The notes under the pieces: generated by a model
What the model was told of the DNA's origin: nothing
Databases searched by the model: none
What the model saw: the letters and a program-made list of their open reading frames with translations, nothing else
Shown here: positions 21,019 through 31,140 of the stretch, piece after piece
Layout: every line of letters starts with the position of its first letter
Position numbering within the stretch: the first letter of the stretch is position 1
Translations under genes and position numbers: made by a program
Origin: Gilvibacter sediminis
Lineage (GTDB): Bacteria; Bacteroidota; Bacteroidia; Flavobacteriales; Flavobacteriaceae
Assembly: GCF_028561565.1 (NCBI RefSeq)
Contig: NZ_JAQQTE010000001.1
Coordinates: 230,005 to 294,004 of the forward strand
Length of the DNA: 64,000 nt
Reading direction: 5' to 3'

Positions 21019-21987
21019 TTATTTGATCCAAAGGCTGTTAGTAAAATAACTGCGCGAATCCAAAAAGTGTTTTTTGACCTCAAAACCAGCTGTCACCGCC
21101 ATGCCTTCTAATTCTGGAAAGCTGTATTTCTTTGAAAGTTCGGTCCAGATCAATTCATCTTTTTTGAAGCTTATCTGCTGATCCGCCAGGTCTACAACTT
21201 GATTGGTCAGACTGATCAAATACGACCGAACTTCTCCACTGAGAGGGTTGTAATGACAATAAAAATCAAACTGATCTTTGACAAAGTTAGCGTCCAACTC
21301 CCGATTGAATCGATCTAAGAGATTCAAATTAAAACTTCGGGTAATGCCGTGTGGATCGTCATAAGCTCTGCGAATGACCTCGGGGTTCTTTTGCAGATCG
21401 GCTCCCAGCAACAGGGCATCTCCATCGCGCATGTTCTTGTGAAACAAACGCAGCAATTCTAGCGCATCTCCGGGAATATAGTTTCCAATATTACTGCCCA
21501 AAAAGAGCAATAAGCTGGGGTTTGCCTCACTTTTTAAACGGCCATTGAGTACTTCAAAGTAGTCACCCACTTTGGGATTCAAGGTGAGGTTAGGCAAACG
21601 CTGGGCAAAATCAGCAGCCAAACCGTCTACTGCAGCCTTAGAGATATCAATGGGCACATAGGTCACTTCTCGGTCCTGCTTGTCCAAATGGTCTAGCAGC
21701 TCAAAGGTCTTGCTGCCATCACCAGCACCTAACTCTACCACATTAAAGGGACCCTCAAAACCGGTCTCGGCTATTATGTCGCCTGCTTGCTGGGCGAGAA
21801 TCTCTTGTTCTGCGTTAGTTAGATAATATTCCGGCATCTCCATGATCTGCTGGAAAATGGCACTTCCTGCATCGTCATAAAAGAATTTTGAGGAAATGTA
21901 TTTTTCTGGGGCGCTCAGGCCTTGTAATATTTCGTTTACGGTATTGGCGTTCATTAGCGTGCAAGTCTTAAACCTGCAAACTGCCAA
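21019..21987 (-). CDS. egtD: L-histidine N-alpha-methyltransferase EgtD-like
   Basis: SAM-MTase motif VELGAGDGSKT, length ~320 aa, start overlaps an EgtB-like gene. Confidence 0.7.
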   Translation of the reverse strand: MAVCRFKTCTLMNANTVNEILQGLSAPEKYISSKFFYDDAGSAIFQQIMEMPEYYLTNAEQEILAQQAGDIIAETGFEGPFNVVELGAGDGSKTFELLDHLDKQDREVTYVPIDISKAAVDGLAADFAQRLPNLTLNPKVGDYFEVLNGRLKSEANPSLLLFLGSNIGNYIPGDALELLRLFHKNMRDGDALLLGADLQKNPEVIRRAYDDPHGITRSFNLNLLDRFNRELDANFVKDQFDFYCHYNPLSGEVRSYLISLTNQVVDLADQQISFKKDELIWTELSKKYSFPELEGMAVTAGFEVKKHFLDSRSYFTNSLWIK

Positions 21988-23099
21988 CGCAAATGCGGGT
22001 GAAAAAAGTTTCTGTAGGTCGCTCGGCTATGGCCCTCAGGAGTAGCGACAGAAGCTCCGCGAAGTACTTTTTGATTGATCATGAATTTTCCGTTATACTC
22101 CCCCACGGCTCCCGGCTTTTTTTCAAACCTTGGATAGGGTAAAAAAGCACTGCTGGTCCATTCCCATAATATTCCCCAATCGAGTTGCTGGGAAGCGACT
22201 TCCCACTCAAACTCAGAAGGAATGCGCAGTCCGCGCCAATCGGCATAGGCGGCGGCTTCATAAAAACTGATGTGCATCACGGGCTCATTAGGGTTGACAG
22301 GTACTAGTCCTTCCAAACAATACCGATGCCATTGGTCCTTGATCTTATGCCAATACAAAGGCGCTCTCACTTCGTGTTGATTGATAAACTCCCAACCTTC
22401 TGCGTGCCAAAGGTTGAAATCTGCGTAACCTCCAGCTTCAATGAATTCTAAAAATTCTCCATTGGTTACCAAACGATTGGAGATCTCAAAAGCCTCTAAA
22501 AAAACCTTATGGCGGCCCTTTTCTATATCAAAATGGAAATCTTCTCCTTGGTAGCCAACTTCATACAGACCTTCAGGGATCTTTATGTAGTCTTGGTCTT
22601 TGCCTTCTTCTGGAAGGCAATAAACCGTCCCGTAAAGCGGAAAGGTCGGTTGATTACCAAACAGACTTTTAATATCATAGGCCAACAACTCTTGATGCTG
22701 CTCCTCGTGATTGATTCCCAACTCCACCAACTCGTGAACCACATCGGGACAGTCCTCCTGCGCGAGTAGCTCAGCTACGTTGTCAGTCACATGAGCGCGG
22801 TAATCCAAAACCTCAGACACTACCGGGCGGGTCATTAAGCCTCGATTTGGACGCATTACACGATCCCCAAAATTGTTGTAGTAGCTGTTGAACAAATACG
22901 CAAAATCTTTGTCAAATTCTGAGTATTCATTCTTGTAAGGAACCAAGACAAACTGTTCAAAAAACCAAGTGGTATGTGCCAAATGCCATTTGGGTGGCGA
23001 GGCGTCTGTCATGGGTTGTACCGAATAGTCTTCAATCTTTAAAGGACTGCAAATCTGTTGGGTACGGGTACGCGTTTTGAGAAACCGTTCTCTGAGCAT
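21954..23099 (-). CDS. egtB: Ergothioneine biosynthesis EgtB-like sulfoxide synthase (DinB_2 + FGE-sulfatase fold)
   Basis: N-terminal DinB-like HLAHTTWFFE, C-terminal FGE/sulfatase-modifying-factor-like region; adjacent to egtD. Confidence 0.65.
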   Translation of the reverse strand: MLRERFLKTRTRTQQICSPLKIEDYSVQPMTDASPPKWHLAHTTWFFEQFVLVPYKNEYSEFDKDFAYLFNSYYNNFGDRVMRPNRGLMTRPVVSEVLDYRAHVTDNVAELLAQEDCPDVVHELVELGINHEEQHQELLAYDIKSLFGNQPTFPLYGTVYCLPEEGKDQDYIKIPEGLYEVGYQGEDFHFDIEKGRHKVFLEAFEISNRLVTNGEFLEFIEAGGYADFNLWHAEGWEFINQHEVRAPLYWHKIKDQWHRYCLEGLVPVNPNEPVMHISFYEAAAYADWRGLRIPSEFEWEVASQQLDWGILWEWTSSAFLPYPRFEKKPGAVGEYNGKFMINQKVLRGASVATPEGHSRATYRNFFHPHLRWQFAGLRLAR

Positions 23100-23100
23100 A

Positions 23101-24318
23101 TTAAATGAGTTTAGTGTCGATGATAGTTGGTGAGGTCAATGTTTTGTGAACCGGACATTTACTGGCGATCTGCTTGAGGCGTTCGCGTTGTTTTTCATCC
23201 AGGTCTCCAACAAATTCCAATGTTTTTTGAACGTGATCGATCTGTCCCGTGGCTTCTACTTCCAGGTCTTCTGGCAGATCGTCGGTATGTTTTTTTGAAT
23301 AGGTCAAATAGCAAAATACTTCCTGCAGATCCCAGCCTTTGCGCTGGGCATACATTTTTAGGGTCATGACCGTGCACGCTCCTAAAGAAGCATTGAGCAA
23401 TTCATAGGGTGAAGGTCCTAAGTCATCACCTCCAATGGATTTTGGTTCGTCTGCAATAAGGGTGTGATTGGGCGTGAATACCTCAGAGGTAAAATTATTT
23501 TCCAGATCCAAGTGTACTACCACCTGTTCTCCTTTGGTAGAGATCAAGTCTTCATCCAATTCTGGGAAGTACTTACCAGCCCAAGTCCCGATCATATCTG
23601 CAACATATACAGCATCGACCTTATTGGTCAACAGGTGATCGGCTCCATCCAAAGAAATAAAACTCTTAGGGTGAAAAGCAGCGTGATATAATTTGGCAGC
23701 ATTTTCTATACTTACCGTCATATCTTGCGGTGAGTGCATAATCAAGTAAGGAATCTTCAAACCATTTACGGTATCCAATAAATTTCTGGACTTAAGATCA
23801 TCCACAAATTGCTTTTTAATTCTAAAAGGGCGACCGCCAATGTTTACCTCTGCAGAACCTGTCTGCTCAATCTCATTCAAACCATCTTCAAATAAATGCG
23901 TCACATGATCCACCTCTGCAGGTGCGCCAATGCTTACAATGGCCTTGATTGAATCCAGTTGAGCGGCGGCAGCCAAAACAGCAGCGCCTCCTAAAGAATG
24001 GCCAATGAGCATGGCCGGTGCCTCGTACTCCTTTTCCAAATACTCTGCAACGGTGATCAAATCCTGAACATTTCCGGAGAAATTAGAATCTGCAAATTCA
24101 CCGCTGCTGCGGCCTAAGCCAGTAAAGTCAAATCGAACCACCCCAAAGCCGTGATTGGTCAATGTCCTGCTTATGTAGCGCACCACGCTTAAGTTGCTGT
24201 TGCAGGTAAAGCAATGCGCAAAAATTGCATAATGTCGCACCTTTCCATTGGCAGGCACTTCTAATCTGGCAAATAGACTGCCTTCTGATTTGGCAATCTC
24301 GATGGTCGTTGTTTTCAT
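23101..24318 (-). CDS. Bifunctional alpha/beta-hydrolase / OsmC-family protein
   Basis: GHSLGG nucleophile elbow in the N-terminal half; C-terminal OsmC/Ohr-like region (GPSPYELLNASLGACT); start trimmed to an internal Met to avoid overlap with msrA. Confidence 0.7.
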   Translation of the reverse strand: MKTTTIEIAKSEGSLFARLEVPANGKVRHYAIFAHCFTCNSNLSVVRYISRTLTNHGFGVVRFDFTGLGRSSGEFADSNFSGNVQDLITVAEYLEKEYEAPAMLIGHSLGGAAVLAAAAQLDSIKAIVSIGAPAEVDHVTHLFEDGLNEIEQTGSAEVNIGGRPFRIKKQFVDDLKSRNLLDTVNGLKIPYLIMHSPQDMTVSIENAAKLYHAAFHPKSFISLDGADHLLTNKVDAVYVADMIGTWAGKYFPELDEDLISTKGEQVVVHLDLENNFTSEVFTPNHTLIADEPKSIGGDDLGPSPYELLNASLGACTVMTLKMYAQRKGWDLQEVFCYLTYSKKHTDDLPEDLEVEATGQIDHVQKTLEFVGDLDEKQRERLKQIASKCPVHKTLTSPTIIDTKLI

Positions 24319-24320
24319 CT

Positions 24321-24863
24321 TTAAGAGATACGTAATTGCTCGCTGTGCAGTTTGCGCAGTTTCTGCAATTTTGGAGTGATCACATAACTGCAATACCCCT
24401 GATTGGGTTGTTTATTGTAATAATTCTGATGGTCTTCTGTAGCTTCGTAGAACGGCTTAGCTTCTGCCAATTCCGTGACTATAAAATCTTCATAATACTT
24501 CTGCACTTCAACCAAGACCTGTTCTGCAATTTGCTTTTGACGCTCGTCTTGATAAAAAATCACCGAGCGGTATTGGGTACCTACATCTGCACCTTGTCTG
24601 TTGAGTGTAGTTGGATCATGTGTGGTCAAAAAGATCTCCAAGATCTTCTTATAAGAGATCACCTTGGGATCAAACTCCAAGCGAACCACCTCAGCGTGGC
24701 CGGTCAATCCGCTACAGATCTCTCTGTAGGTAGGATGCCCGGGGACCTTTCCACCACTATATCCAGAGACGGCCGAGTGAATACCTTCCACTTCTCTAAA
24801 AACCGCTTCCACACACCAAAAGCATCCGCCACCAATAACAGCTACTTCAAATTGATCACTCAT
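24321..24863 (-). CDS. msrA: Peptide-methionine (S)-S-oxide reductase MsrA
   Basis: GGGCFWCVEAVF active-site motif. Confidence 0.9.
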   Translation of the reverse strand: MSDQFEVAVIGGGCFWCVEAVFREVEGIHSAVSGYSGGKVPGHPTYREICSGLTGHAEVVRLEFDPKVISYKKILEIFLTTHDPTTLNRQGADVGTQYRSVIFYQDERQKQIAEQVLVEVQKYYEDFIVTELAEAKPFYEATEDHQNYYNKQPNQGYCSYVITPKLQKLRKLHSEQLRIS

Positions 24864-25314
24864 GGGCAGCCTCTTTTTTTAAGTCGATGGACAAGGAGTT
24901 CACACAATAGCGCAAGCCGCTTGGCGCAGGCCCATCAGGAAAAACATGACCCAAATGCGCATCGCAAGTATTGCATTGAATCTCCACACGGACCATTCCA
25001 AAGGAAGTGTCCTTGATGTATTTTATAGCATTCTCTTTTATGGGCTGCGTAAAACTGGGCCAACCACTGCTTGAATTGAATTTAATGGTAGAGTCAAACA
25101 AGGGAGTATCACAGCAAACACAGTTGTATTCACCGGCTTCATAAACACTGCAGAGTTCACCAGAAAATGGCCTTTCTGTACCGTGTTGGCGGGTAATTCT
25201 ATATTGTTCTGGAGTCAATTGCTCACGCCATTGCTCCGGACTTTTTTCAACACGCCGATCTGGCGTGGGATTTCCTTTTACGGAAAATCGAATGATGTCG
25301 TTCCAATTTAGCAT
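24856..25314 (-). CDS. msrB: Peptide-methionine (R)-S-oxide reductase MsrB
   Basis: CxxC zinc pairs and RYCVNS active-site motif. Confidence 0.9.
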   Translation of the reverse strand: MLNWNDIIRFSVKGNPTPDRRVEKSPEQWREQLTPEQYRITRQHGTERPFSGELCSVYEAGEYNCVCCDTPLFDSTIKFNSSSGWPSFTQPIKENAIKYIKDTSFGMVRVEIQCNTCDAHLGHVFPDGPAPSGLRYCVNSLSIDLKKEAAHE

Positions 25315-25409
25315 AGCTATTCTTTCATTTAATCTATGAAGTTATAACATATAGGTCGAAATTCAACGCCAGAACTGTCAAGGTTTTGTGAAACTTTTAT
25401 TAGCTGATT

Positions 25410-26159
25410 TTAATGCGACATGATCCGCTGGTGGACCTGCTTAAAAAAAGCAAAACCATCTTGATCAGATTCCTTTAAAGGCAATACTCCACCGGTAAAT
25501 CCATCGCGATGCCAATCGCCTAGAGTCAAGCCAGGAAGATCATCGGGCAAATAAGAGTTACCGTCCTTGTAATAACTGATGTAGTAATAGGAACTGTTGA
25601 CCACTGAATCTGGAATGGCCAAACCCCAGCCCACTCCGAGATCATTTTCTAAAGGAGAATACCCTCCGGTGTCAAAGTGATGCGGCCAAATTCTAATCGC
25701 CACTTCTTGACCGAGCTCGGTTGCAAAGGCTTCTGAGGCTAGCTGCGCATTTGCTCGATCCTCACTGAGTTGGTTCAGCGTGTTTGCTTCTGGTGAAACC
25801 CAGACTTGATCTGCTTCAACCTGATAAGGTAAATCATAATGAAACTCGTATTGATACGGCTTATCAAAACCCAAACCTTCCGCGGTGGACTTGAGCCAAT
25901 TCAATACCTCCTGATGGGTTTTACCGTCTAGACTAATACTCGATTTCAATCCTTCTCCCTTCCAAAAGAGCGAAAAATCAGCATAACTAAAACAAAGCTG
26001 AACGCCTAAATCATTTAAAGGGTGAGTACTTAAACTTTGGGAAGAGTCATCAAAGCCCAAATTGGTATGGCTGTCGTCTGGAGCCGCTTCCATAAAGGAA
26101 ATAGCAGCAGCGGCGAGATACTGTGCAAGTTGATGAATGGTTTGAATCGGGTGGTCCAT
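25410..26159 (-). CDS. Hypothetical protein
   Basis: 249-aa ORF with coding-like composition, no recognisable motif. Confidence 0.45.
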   Translation of the reverse strand: MDHPIQTIHQLAQYLAAAAISFMEAAPDDSHTNLGFDDSSQSLSTHPLNDLGVQLCFSYADFSLFWKGEGLKSSISLDGKTHQEVLNWLKSTAEGLGFDKPYQYEFHYDLPYQVEADQVWVSPEANTLNQLSEDRANAQLASEAFATELGQEVAIRIWPHHFDTGGYSPLENDLGVGWGLAIPDSVVNSSYYYISYYKDGNSYLPDDLPGLTLGDWHRDGFTGGVLPLKESDQDGFAFFKQVHQRIMSH

Positions 26160-26269
26160 AATAACGGTTTGTTTAAAGTTACGAGTAAGTATTTGTAAAA
26201 AAAAGTGCTTTGGCTAAAACCAAAGGGAAACTGCTTACGTAAGTAGGATATAAACCAAAACAATTACAG

Positions 26270-26920
26270 ATGAAAAATCTAAAAATCAAGTACGGCCTTT
26301 TCTGTCTGGGTCTACTTGCTATTGGACTTATAGCGGCCGATCACATAGACGCCCCAGCAGTTCAAGGACAGACCACCGACATCACCGACATTTACGCCTT
26401 TCAAGGAGAGAACACAGACAATATTGTCTTTGTAGCCAACTTGCAAGGTTTATTGAGTCCAGGAGCTACCGCGGGAGCGAACTTTGATGAGAACACCTTA
26501 TTGGAATTCAATTTTGATCTGGATGGAGATGCTGTTGAAGATCAAGTTTTACAGGCCATTCCAAGAAACGGAACCATGTATTTTTTTGGTCCCAACGCCC
26601 CCGCAAGTACTGGCCTTAACAGTAGCGTTGCCGTAGATGCCACAGAATCTTCTGTGATGATCACGCCTTATGGTGAATCTGCCATTACCGCAACCAATGC
26701 CGGGATGCAGTTTTTTGCAGGCCCAAGAGATGATCCATTTTTTATGGACTTTGCTCAGTACACTGCCATTATCAATGGCGATGCAACAGAATTCAACAAC
26801 CCAGGAAGCGACACCTTCGCAGGCAGCAACGTACTCTCCGTCGTGGTAGAAATGCCCAAGGCGATGTTAGGCGGCAGCGGAACCATAAACTTCTGGGTAA
26901 CTGCAAACAGTAAGCAATAA
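26270..26920 (+). CDS. Secreted DUF4331-like protein (N-terminal-type module)
   Basis: Signal peptide; DHIDAP...DITDIYAF motif resembling the DUF4331 N-terminus (recalled from memory). Confidence 0.4.
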   Translation: MKNLKIKYGLFCLGLLAIGLIAADHIDAPAVQGQTTDITDIYAFQGENTDNIVFVANLQGLLSPGATAGANFDENTLLEFNFDLDGDAVEDQVLQAIPRNGTMYFFGPNAPASTGLNSSVAVDATESSVMITPYGESAITATNAGMQFFAGPRDDPFFMDFAQYTAIINGDATEFNNPGSDTFAGSNVLSVVVEMPKAMLGGSGTINFWVTANSKQ

Positions 26921-26934
26921 TTAAAACAGAAATC

Positions 26935-27516
26935 ATGAAAATCAAACAATTCATATACCTATTTGCCTTTATGGCTGTTTTTTCGGCCTGTTCAAACGAC
27001 GACGACAATACTGGACCCATCATGATGGACGACGATACCGTGATGATGGATGACGAGCTAGACTTTAGCGGAACCTTCACCCAAGCAGATCAGATGGGAA
27101 GACCCGCAGTCAATACTGTATTTGTCTCTTCTGCTTCTAAGGACAGTTTCAATACGACAATTCCTTCTGAGCAAGAAGCTGCTTTTCAAGCGATGTTTCA
27201 AGCCAATCTAGAAGCCTTAAGCCCTGCTTATACCAACCCAGGTGATACCAATGCCTTGGGATTGGATGCAGAGACTTTTACTACGCTTTTGGCTACGGAT
27301 GTACTCAATGTGAGTCTTGACGGAGTGACGACCTTCTTTGACGGCACCAATGTGCTTACGGGACGCGCCCTTGCTGATGATGTGATCACCGTGGAGTTAC
27401 TACTCATCTTTGGAGGGGAAGACTTTATGGAGAATCCAGGACTTTCTAACGACAATGTAGACGCCAACGATGCAGCTTTTTCAAGCTCATTCCCCTACTT
27501 GGCATCTCCTTGGTAA
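26935..27516 (+). CDS. Lipoprotein, possibly a DUF4331 C-terminal-type module
   Basis: Lipobox FSAC, Asp-rich linker, GRALADDV motif; 15 nt after the previous gene. Confidence 0.45.
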   Translation: MKIKQFIYLFAFMAVFSACSNDDDNTGPIMMDDDTVMMDDELDFSGTFTQADQMGRPAVNTVFVSSASKDSFNTTIPSEQEAAFQAMFQANLEALSPAYTNPGDTNALGLDAETFTTLLATDVLNVSLDGVTTFFDGTNVLTGRALADDVITVELLLIFGGEDFMENPGLSNDNVDANDAAFSSSFPYLASPW

Positions 27517-27529
27517 AAACCGCAGCAAC

Positions 27530-28816
27530 ATGAAAACACGAATTGGACTTGCTCTTTTTGCCTTAGGCGCATTGCTGTATTTTTTCAATACAGATCAAGC
27601 CCCTATTGCTCAATTGCAAGATATCGATGACAGTCTACAAGTTGCCCCCGAGAATCCAGAATGGTTACGGAAGGACATTGCCTTTTGGCAATCAAAACTG
27701 GATCAAGTTCCAGGCGAGTTTAGCTATAAAGCTAAGCTCGCAGGAGCTTATGGCTTGAGCTTTTCAAAATCAAAGGTCTTTGCTGACCTTTTCAAAGCTG
27801 GAACCCTGTGGGCGGAGGTCAATGAACAGACCCATTTTAAAGAAGCTGGATTTCTAAGGGCCGCAGCTCGAAATGCGATCAGCAGACACGAATTTGAGCA
27901 GGCAGAATCCTTATTGATTCAAGCCGAAGCGCTTGGAGAAGGCTTGCGTGCAACGCAGTTGATGCGTTTTGATGTGGCCATTGAACTGGCTCAATATGAC
28001 CTAGCAGAACAATTGATCAATCAAACCCAAGACTTTAGCGATCCGGACTTTTTGATCCGCTATTCAAAATGGAATGATTATAAGGGGAATTTAGACGAGG
28101 CGATCTTCCGATTGGAACAGGTCCTTGCTTGGGCCAAAGAGCGCAACAACACCTCCCTTGAATTCTGGGCGGTGTCTAATTTAGGTGATTATTACGGTCA
28201 TGCAGGTGCCATTGAAAAAGCCTACGCAGCTTATTTAAAGGCCCTAGAACTGGACCCATCGTCTACTTACGCTAAAAAGGGCATTGCCTATATTGCCTTT
28301 GCGAATGACCAAGATCCTCAAAAAGCCTTAAGCATTATTGATGGTATCACTGGCGCAAACCAAAACCCTGATCTGTTACTACTCAAAGCAGACATCTTTG
28401 AATTTACAGGAGCGTTGCAACAACGCACTGAAGTATTGACGCAATTCAAAAGCGTAGTACAAAAGCAAGGTCTTGAAACCTTGTACAGAATGCCTCTGGT
28501 GCAGATCGCATTAGACGAGAAGGACTTTGAACAGGCATTAACACTGGCTCGAGCTGAAGTAAGTCACCGAGCAACACCGCAAACTTATGATCTTTTGGCC
28601 TGGGCTTACTACGCTGCTGGAGATCTTGATAGCGCTTTAAAAATTACCGAAGCACAGGTGCTGGGACAATCAGAAGAACCTGTTTTGCTCCTACACAGTG
28701 CACAAATATTAAAAGCTGCTGGGAAGCTATCCGCAGCAAATACCTTAAAAGAAGAATTAGAAGAAGCAAGCTTTGAACTCGGCCCTATTGCCACTAAACA
28801 AGTAATGGCCCTCTAA
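27530..28816 (+). CDS. TPR-repeat protein with N-terminal membrane anchor
   Basis: MKTRIGLALFALGALLYFF anchor, multiple TPR-like helical repeats; start trimmed to the internal Met. Confidence 0.6.
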   Translation: MKTRIGLALFALGALLYFFNTDQAPIAQLQDIDDSLQVAPENPEWLRKDIAFWQSKLDQVPGEFSYKAKLAGAYGLSFSKSKVFADLFKAGTLWAEVNEQTHFKEAGFLRAAARNAISRHEFEQAESLLIQAEALGEGLRATQLMRFDVAIELAQYDLAEQLINQTQDFSDPDFLIRYSKWNDYKGNLDEAIFRLEQVLAWAKERNNTSLEFWAVSNLGDYYGHAGAIEKAYAAYLKALELDPSSTYAKKGIAYIAFANDQDPQKALSIIDGITGANQNPDLLLLKADIFEFTGALQQRTEVLTQFKSVVQKQGLETLYRMPLVQIALDEKDFEQALTLARAEVSHRATPQTYDLLAWAYYAAGDLDSALKITEAQVLGQSEEPVLLLHSAQILKAAGKLSAANTLKEELEEASFELGPIATKQVMAL

Positions 28817-28849
28817 AAGGTTCAAAGTATTTTTTGTTCGGTTGGTTAT

Positions 28850-28886
28850 GCGCTTATCTCCCCCGCGGAGGTAGGCGCTTTTTTAT
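28850..28886. terminator. Probable bidirectional terminator between convergent genes
   Basis: Imperfect GC-rich hairpin GCGCTTATCTCC...GGAGGTAGGCGC followed by T6. Confidence 0.5.
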
Positions 28887-29644
28887 GGGGCAGTGTTAAC
28901 CGCTCCGAGTACGTAAAGATTCTCAAGGGTTGGAGATTCGCTTCCACCCTCAGGCTCCAAAGTAATTCCGTAAGCCTCTGTGGTGAAGTTGTTTTCAATT
29001 ATGTAGAGGTTCAGATCCTCTTCTGATTGCTCCAATACCCCTAAACTTGTGGGAGTGAGTGGATCCAAAGTAAGGGACCACAATTGATACTGCATGCCGC
29101 TAGGCGCTTCTGGCAGGCCATTCACATCTAAATAGAGTGTTTTGGCCTCCGCATTCCAATAAACCGCAGCGTAGCTTTGATCGTAATTGCCTTGTCCTGC
29201 CAGCGGTATCTTTTGCACATCCGGAGCACGTAAGGCATCAAGCAATTCTGTAGTGAGTAGGTTGGTTGCCTTTTGAGATTCCAACTCTGCTTCTAAGAAG
29301 ATCTCTTTTTGCTCCAGCTGCTCCACGCTCAATTGCAGTTCTGAACGCTCAACAAACAAACTGATCAAGCCAACAGTTGCTAAAGTGGCGGCAGCCCAAC
29401 CTCCATAGGTGAGCCATTTAGGTCTTGAATTGGTTCTGGAGATCACACGAGGAGCCGCAGCAACTTTAGTAGTTGCTCGCGCCTCAGCTAGCGCTGTTAA
29501 GGCAGCTTCTATACGATCTGCCTCGGCAGCCAATTCTGGATACTGTTGCACCAAGCGATGCACTTGCTCGTGCTCCGCAGGAGATAGCGCTCCACTTACG
29601 TAGAGTTCTAAAATTCCAGATGCTATGTACTTTTCAGTATCCAT
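28883..29644 (-). CDS. Anti-sigma factor (RskA-like, single TM)
   Basis: Immediately downstream of and overlapping an ECF sigma gene; N-terminal helical anti-sigma region, central TM, C-terminal periplasmic domain. Confidence 0.6.
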   Translation of the reverse strand: MDTEKYIASGILELYVSGALSPAEHEQVHRLVQQYPELAAEADRIEAALTALAEARATTKVAAAPRVISRTNSRPKWLTYGGWAAATLATVGLISLFVERSELQLSVEQLEQKEIFLEAELESQKATNLLTTELLDALRAPDVQKIPLAGQGNYDQSYAAVYWNAEAKTLYLDVNGLPEAPSGMQYQLWSLTLDPLTPTSLGVLEQSEEDLNLYIIENNFTTEAYGITLEPEGGSESPTLENLYVLGAVNTAP

Positions 29645-30186
29645 TATAAATCAATTCCGAGTTTTGCCCGCAGGCCATTAATGCATTTTCTGATCTGTGT
29701 TTTTACGGTTCCCAATGGAATCTCCAGATCTTCTGAGGTTTGCTGCTGCGTAAATCCTTTAAAGAATAATCTATCGATCAACTGCTTGCAGCGCATCTCA
29801 AGGGTTTCTACTATGGCGGTAAGACCAATGGCATCGGTCTGACCTTCAAATGCAGTACTCCCTCCAAATATATCTACGAAATTAGTCGGGTTTAGGTTTT
29901 GTTTTTGTTCTTTGGCCGATCGGGATCTCAAATGATCGATCGCCGTATTGCGCGAAATATTCAAAAGCCAAGTAAAGAAGCGACCTTTCTGCGGATCGTA
30001 ACTATCTAAGCGCGTCCATACTTTCAAAAACACGTCTTGACACAGTTCTTGGGCCACTTCTGGCTTCCCGACCACCCCTTCAATAACTCCCAGCATAGCC
30101 GGCGCATATTGCGCATGCAACTGCTGGAAAGCCCGCTCGTCTCCTTGTTGGCAAGCGGTAATTAGTTGATTGAGGGTATCTGCCAT
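29644..30186 (-). CDS. ECF (sigma-70 family) RNA polymerase sigma factor
   Basis: Region 2 (FLKVW..) and region 4 HTH (QQQTSEDLEIPLGTVKTQI). Confidence 0.85.
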   Translation of the reverse strand: MADTLNQLITACQQGDERAFQQLHAQYAPAMLGVIEGVVGKPEVAQELCQDVFLKVWTRLDSYDPQKGRFFTWLLNISRNTAIDHLRSRSAKEQKQNLNPTNFVDIFGGSTAFEGQTDAIGLTAIVETLEMRCKQLIDRLFFKGFTQQQTSEDLEIPLGTVKTQIRKCINGLRAKLGIDL

Positions 30187-30244
30187 AAGAGAGCTTTAAA
30201 GTACTAAAAAGAATGCACTAAAAAAGCCGCAAACGCGGCTTTCT

Positions 30245-31120
30245 TTACTGGAAAAGTTTTACGGTAGTCCCTTCATCTTGCGCAGTGACGGTATGGAGCA
30301 ATTTGCCCTTGCCCAGAGTTTTGTCTAAATAGATCTTCGTGCCCACTGTCCAACGTTCTGCGCGGCTAAAGCCAGGCATGATTGGAAAGCCGTAGCTGAA
30401 ATTAGATCCGTCTTGATTCGGCCCTTCAACATAAAAGTTCTGGCGGTTCCAAGAGTTGTTCTTAATTCTAAAGCTGATGTACTCGGGCACTTCAGTTGTA
30501 ACTGCTGCAGTCTGCGGTGCTTGATAATTCCCAGTGATGATCTTTGGTTGCCTAAAGAGGCTTAAAGTTGCATCGTCATCGAGCTGCGTTTGTAGTTCCC
30601 CACTCACATTTACAACAGCTTCCCCACGACTGCTTATAGTTACTCTTGCGTTCTCAGCCTTTAGATCTGCCGCGTTAATGGTGGCAAGTTTAGAGTCAAT
30701 ATGCAGCATCTTCACTGCTCCAGAGAGAATGACTCGCCCAACATTGGCCTCCACCTTAAACTGCTCGGCGCTTAAATTGAGCACATAGGTGGTGTCATGC
30801 GTTCCGTGTTCTAAGGATTTAATTTTTCGTGCGCCAATTTTGATGATCAGATCTTGGCTGGGTTGGATCCATTCTAGTTGATCAAGAGTTAGAGTTCCGG
30901 CCTCCACGTTTTTACCAATCAAATCCAAAAGGTTACTGTCTCCGGTAATGGTCATTCCTTCAGGACCCTCAGGATCAATGGTGACCTTGGCATAGAGCTG
31001 TACGCTCACAGCTGTGATGTTTGTGATCGGGTAGTTTTTAGTGATGATATTTCCATCGCCTTTTACCTGACCAAAGGTCTGCGTGGCGATCAATACGATA
31101 GTTAAAAATAGTGTTCTCAT
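30245..31120 (-). CDS. Secreted beta-solenoid protein, DUF2807/DUF4097 (putative adhesin head)-like
   Basis: Signal peptide MRTLFLTIVLIATQTFG; repetitive strand pattern typical of GIN-domain proteins; start set to the internal Met (codon 79 of the 369-aa ORF 30245-31354); by-eye nucleotide count disagrees by 2 nt, so the exact start coordinate is approximate. Confidence 0.4.
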   Translation of the reverse strand: MRTLFLTIVLIATQTFGQVKGDGNIITKNYPITNITAVSVQLYAKVTIDPEGPEGMTITGDSNLLDLIGKNVEAGTLTLDQLEWIQPSQDLIIKIGARKIKSLEHGTHDTTYVLNLSAEQFKVEANVGRVILSGAVKMLHIDSKLATINAADLKAENARVTISSRGEAVVNVSGELQTQLDDDATLSLFRQPKIITGNYQAPQTAAVTTEVPEYISFRIKNNSWNRQNFYVEGPNQDGSNFSYGFPIMPGFSRAERWTVGTKIYLDKTLGKGKLLHTVTAQDEGTTVKLFQ

Positions 31121-31140
31121 GTCTTTTAATTTTTGATTGA

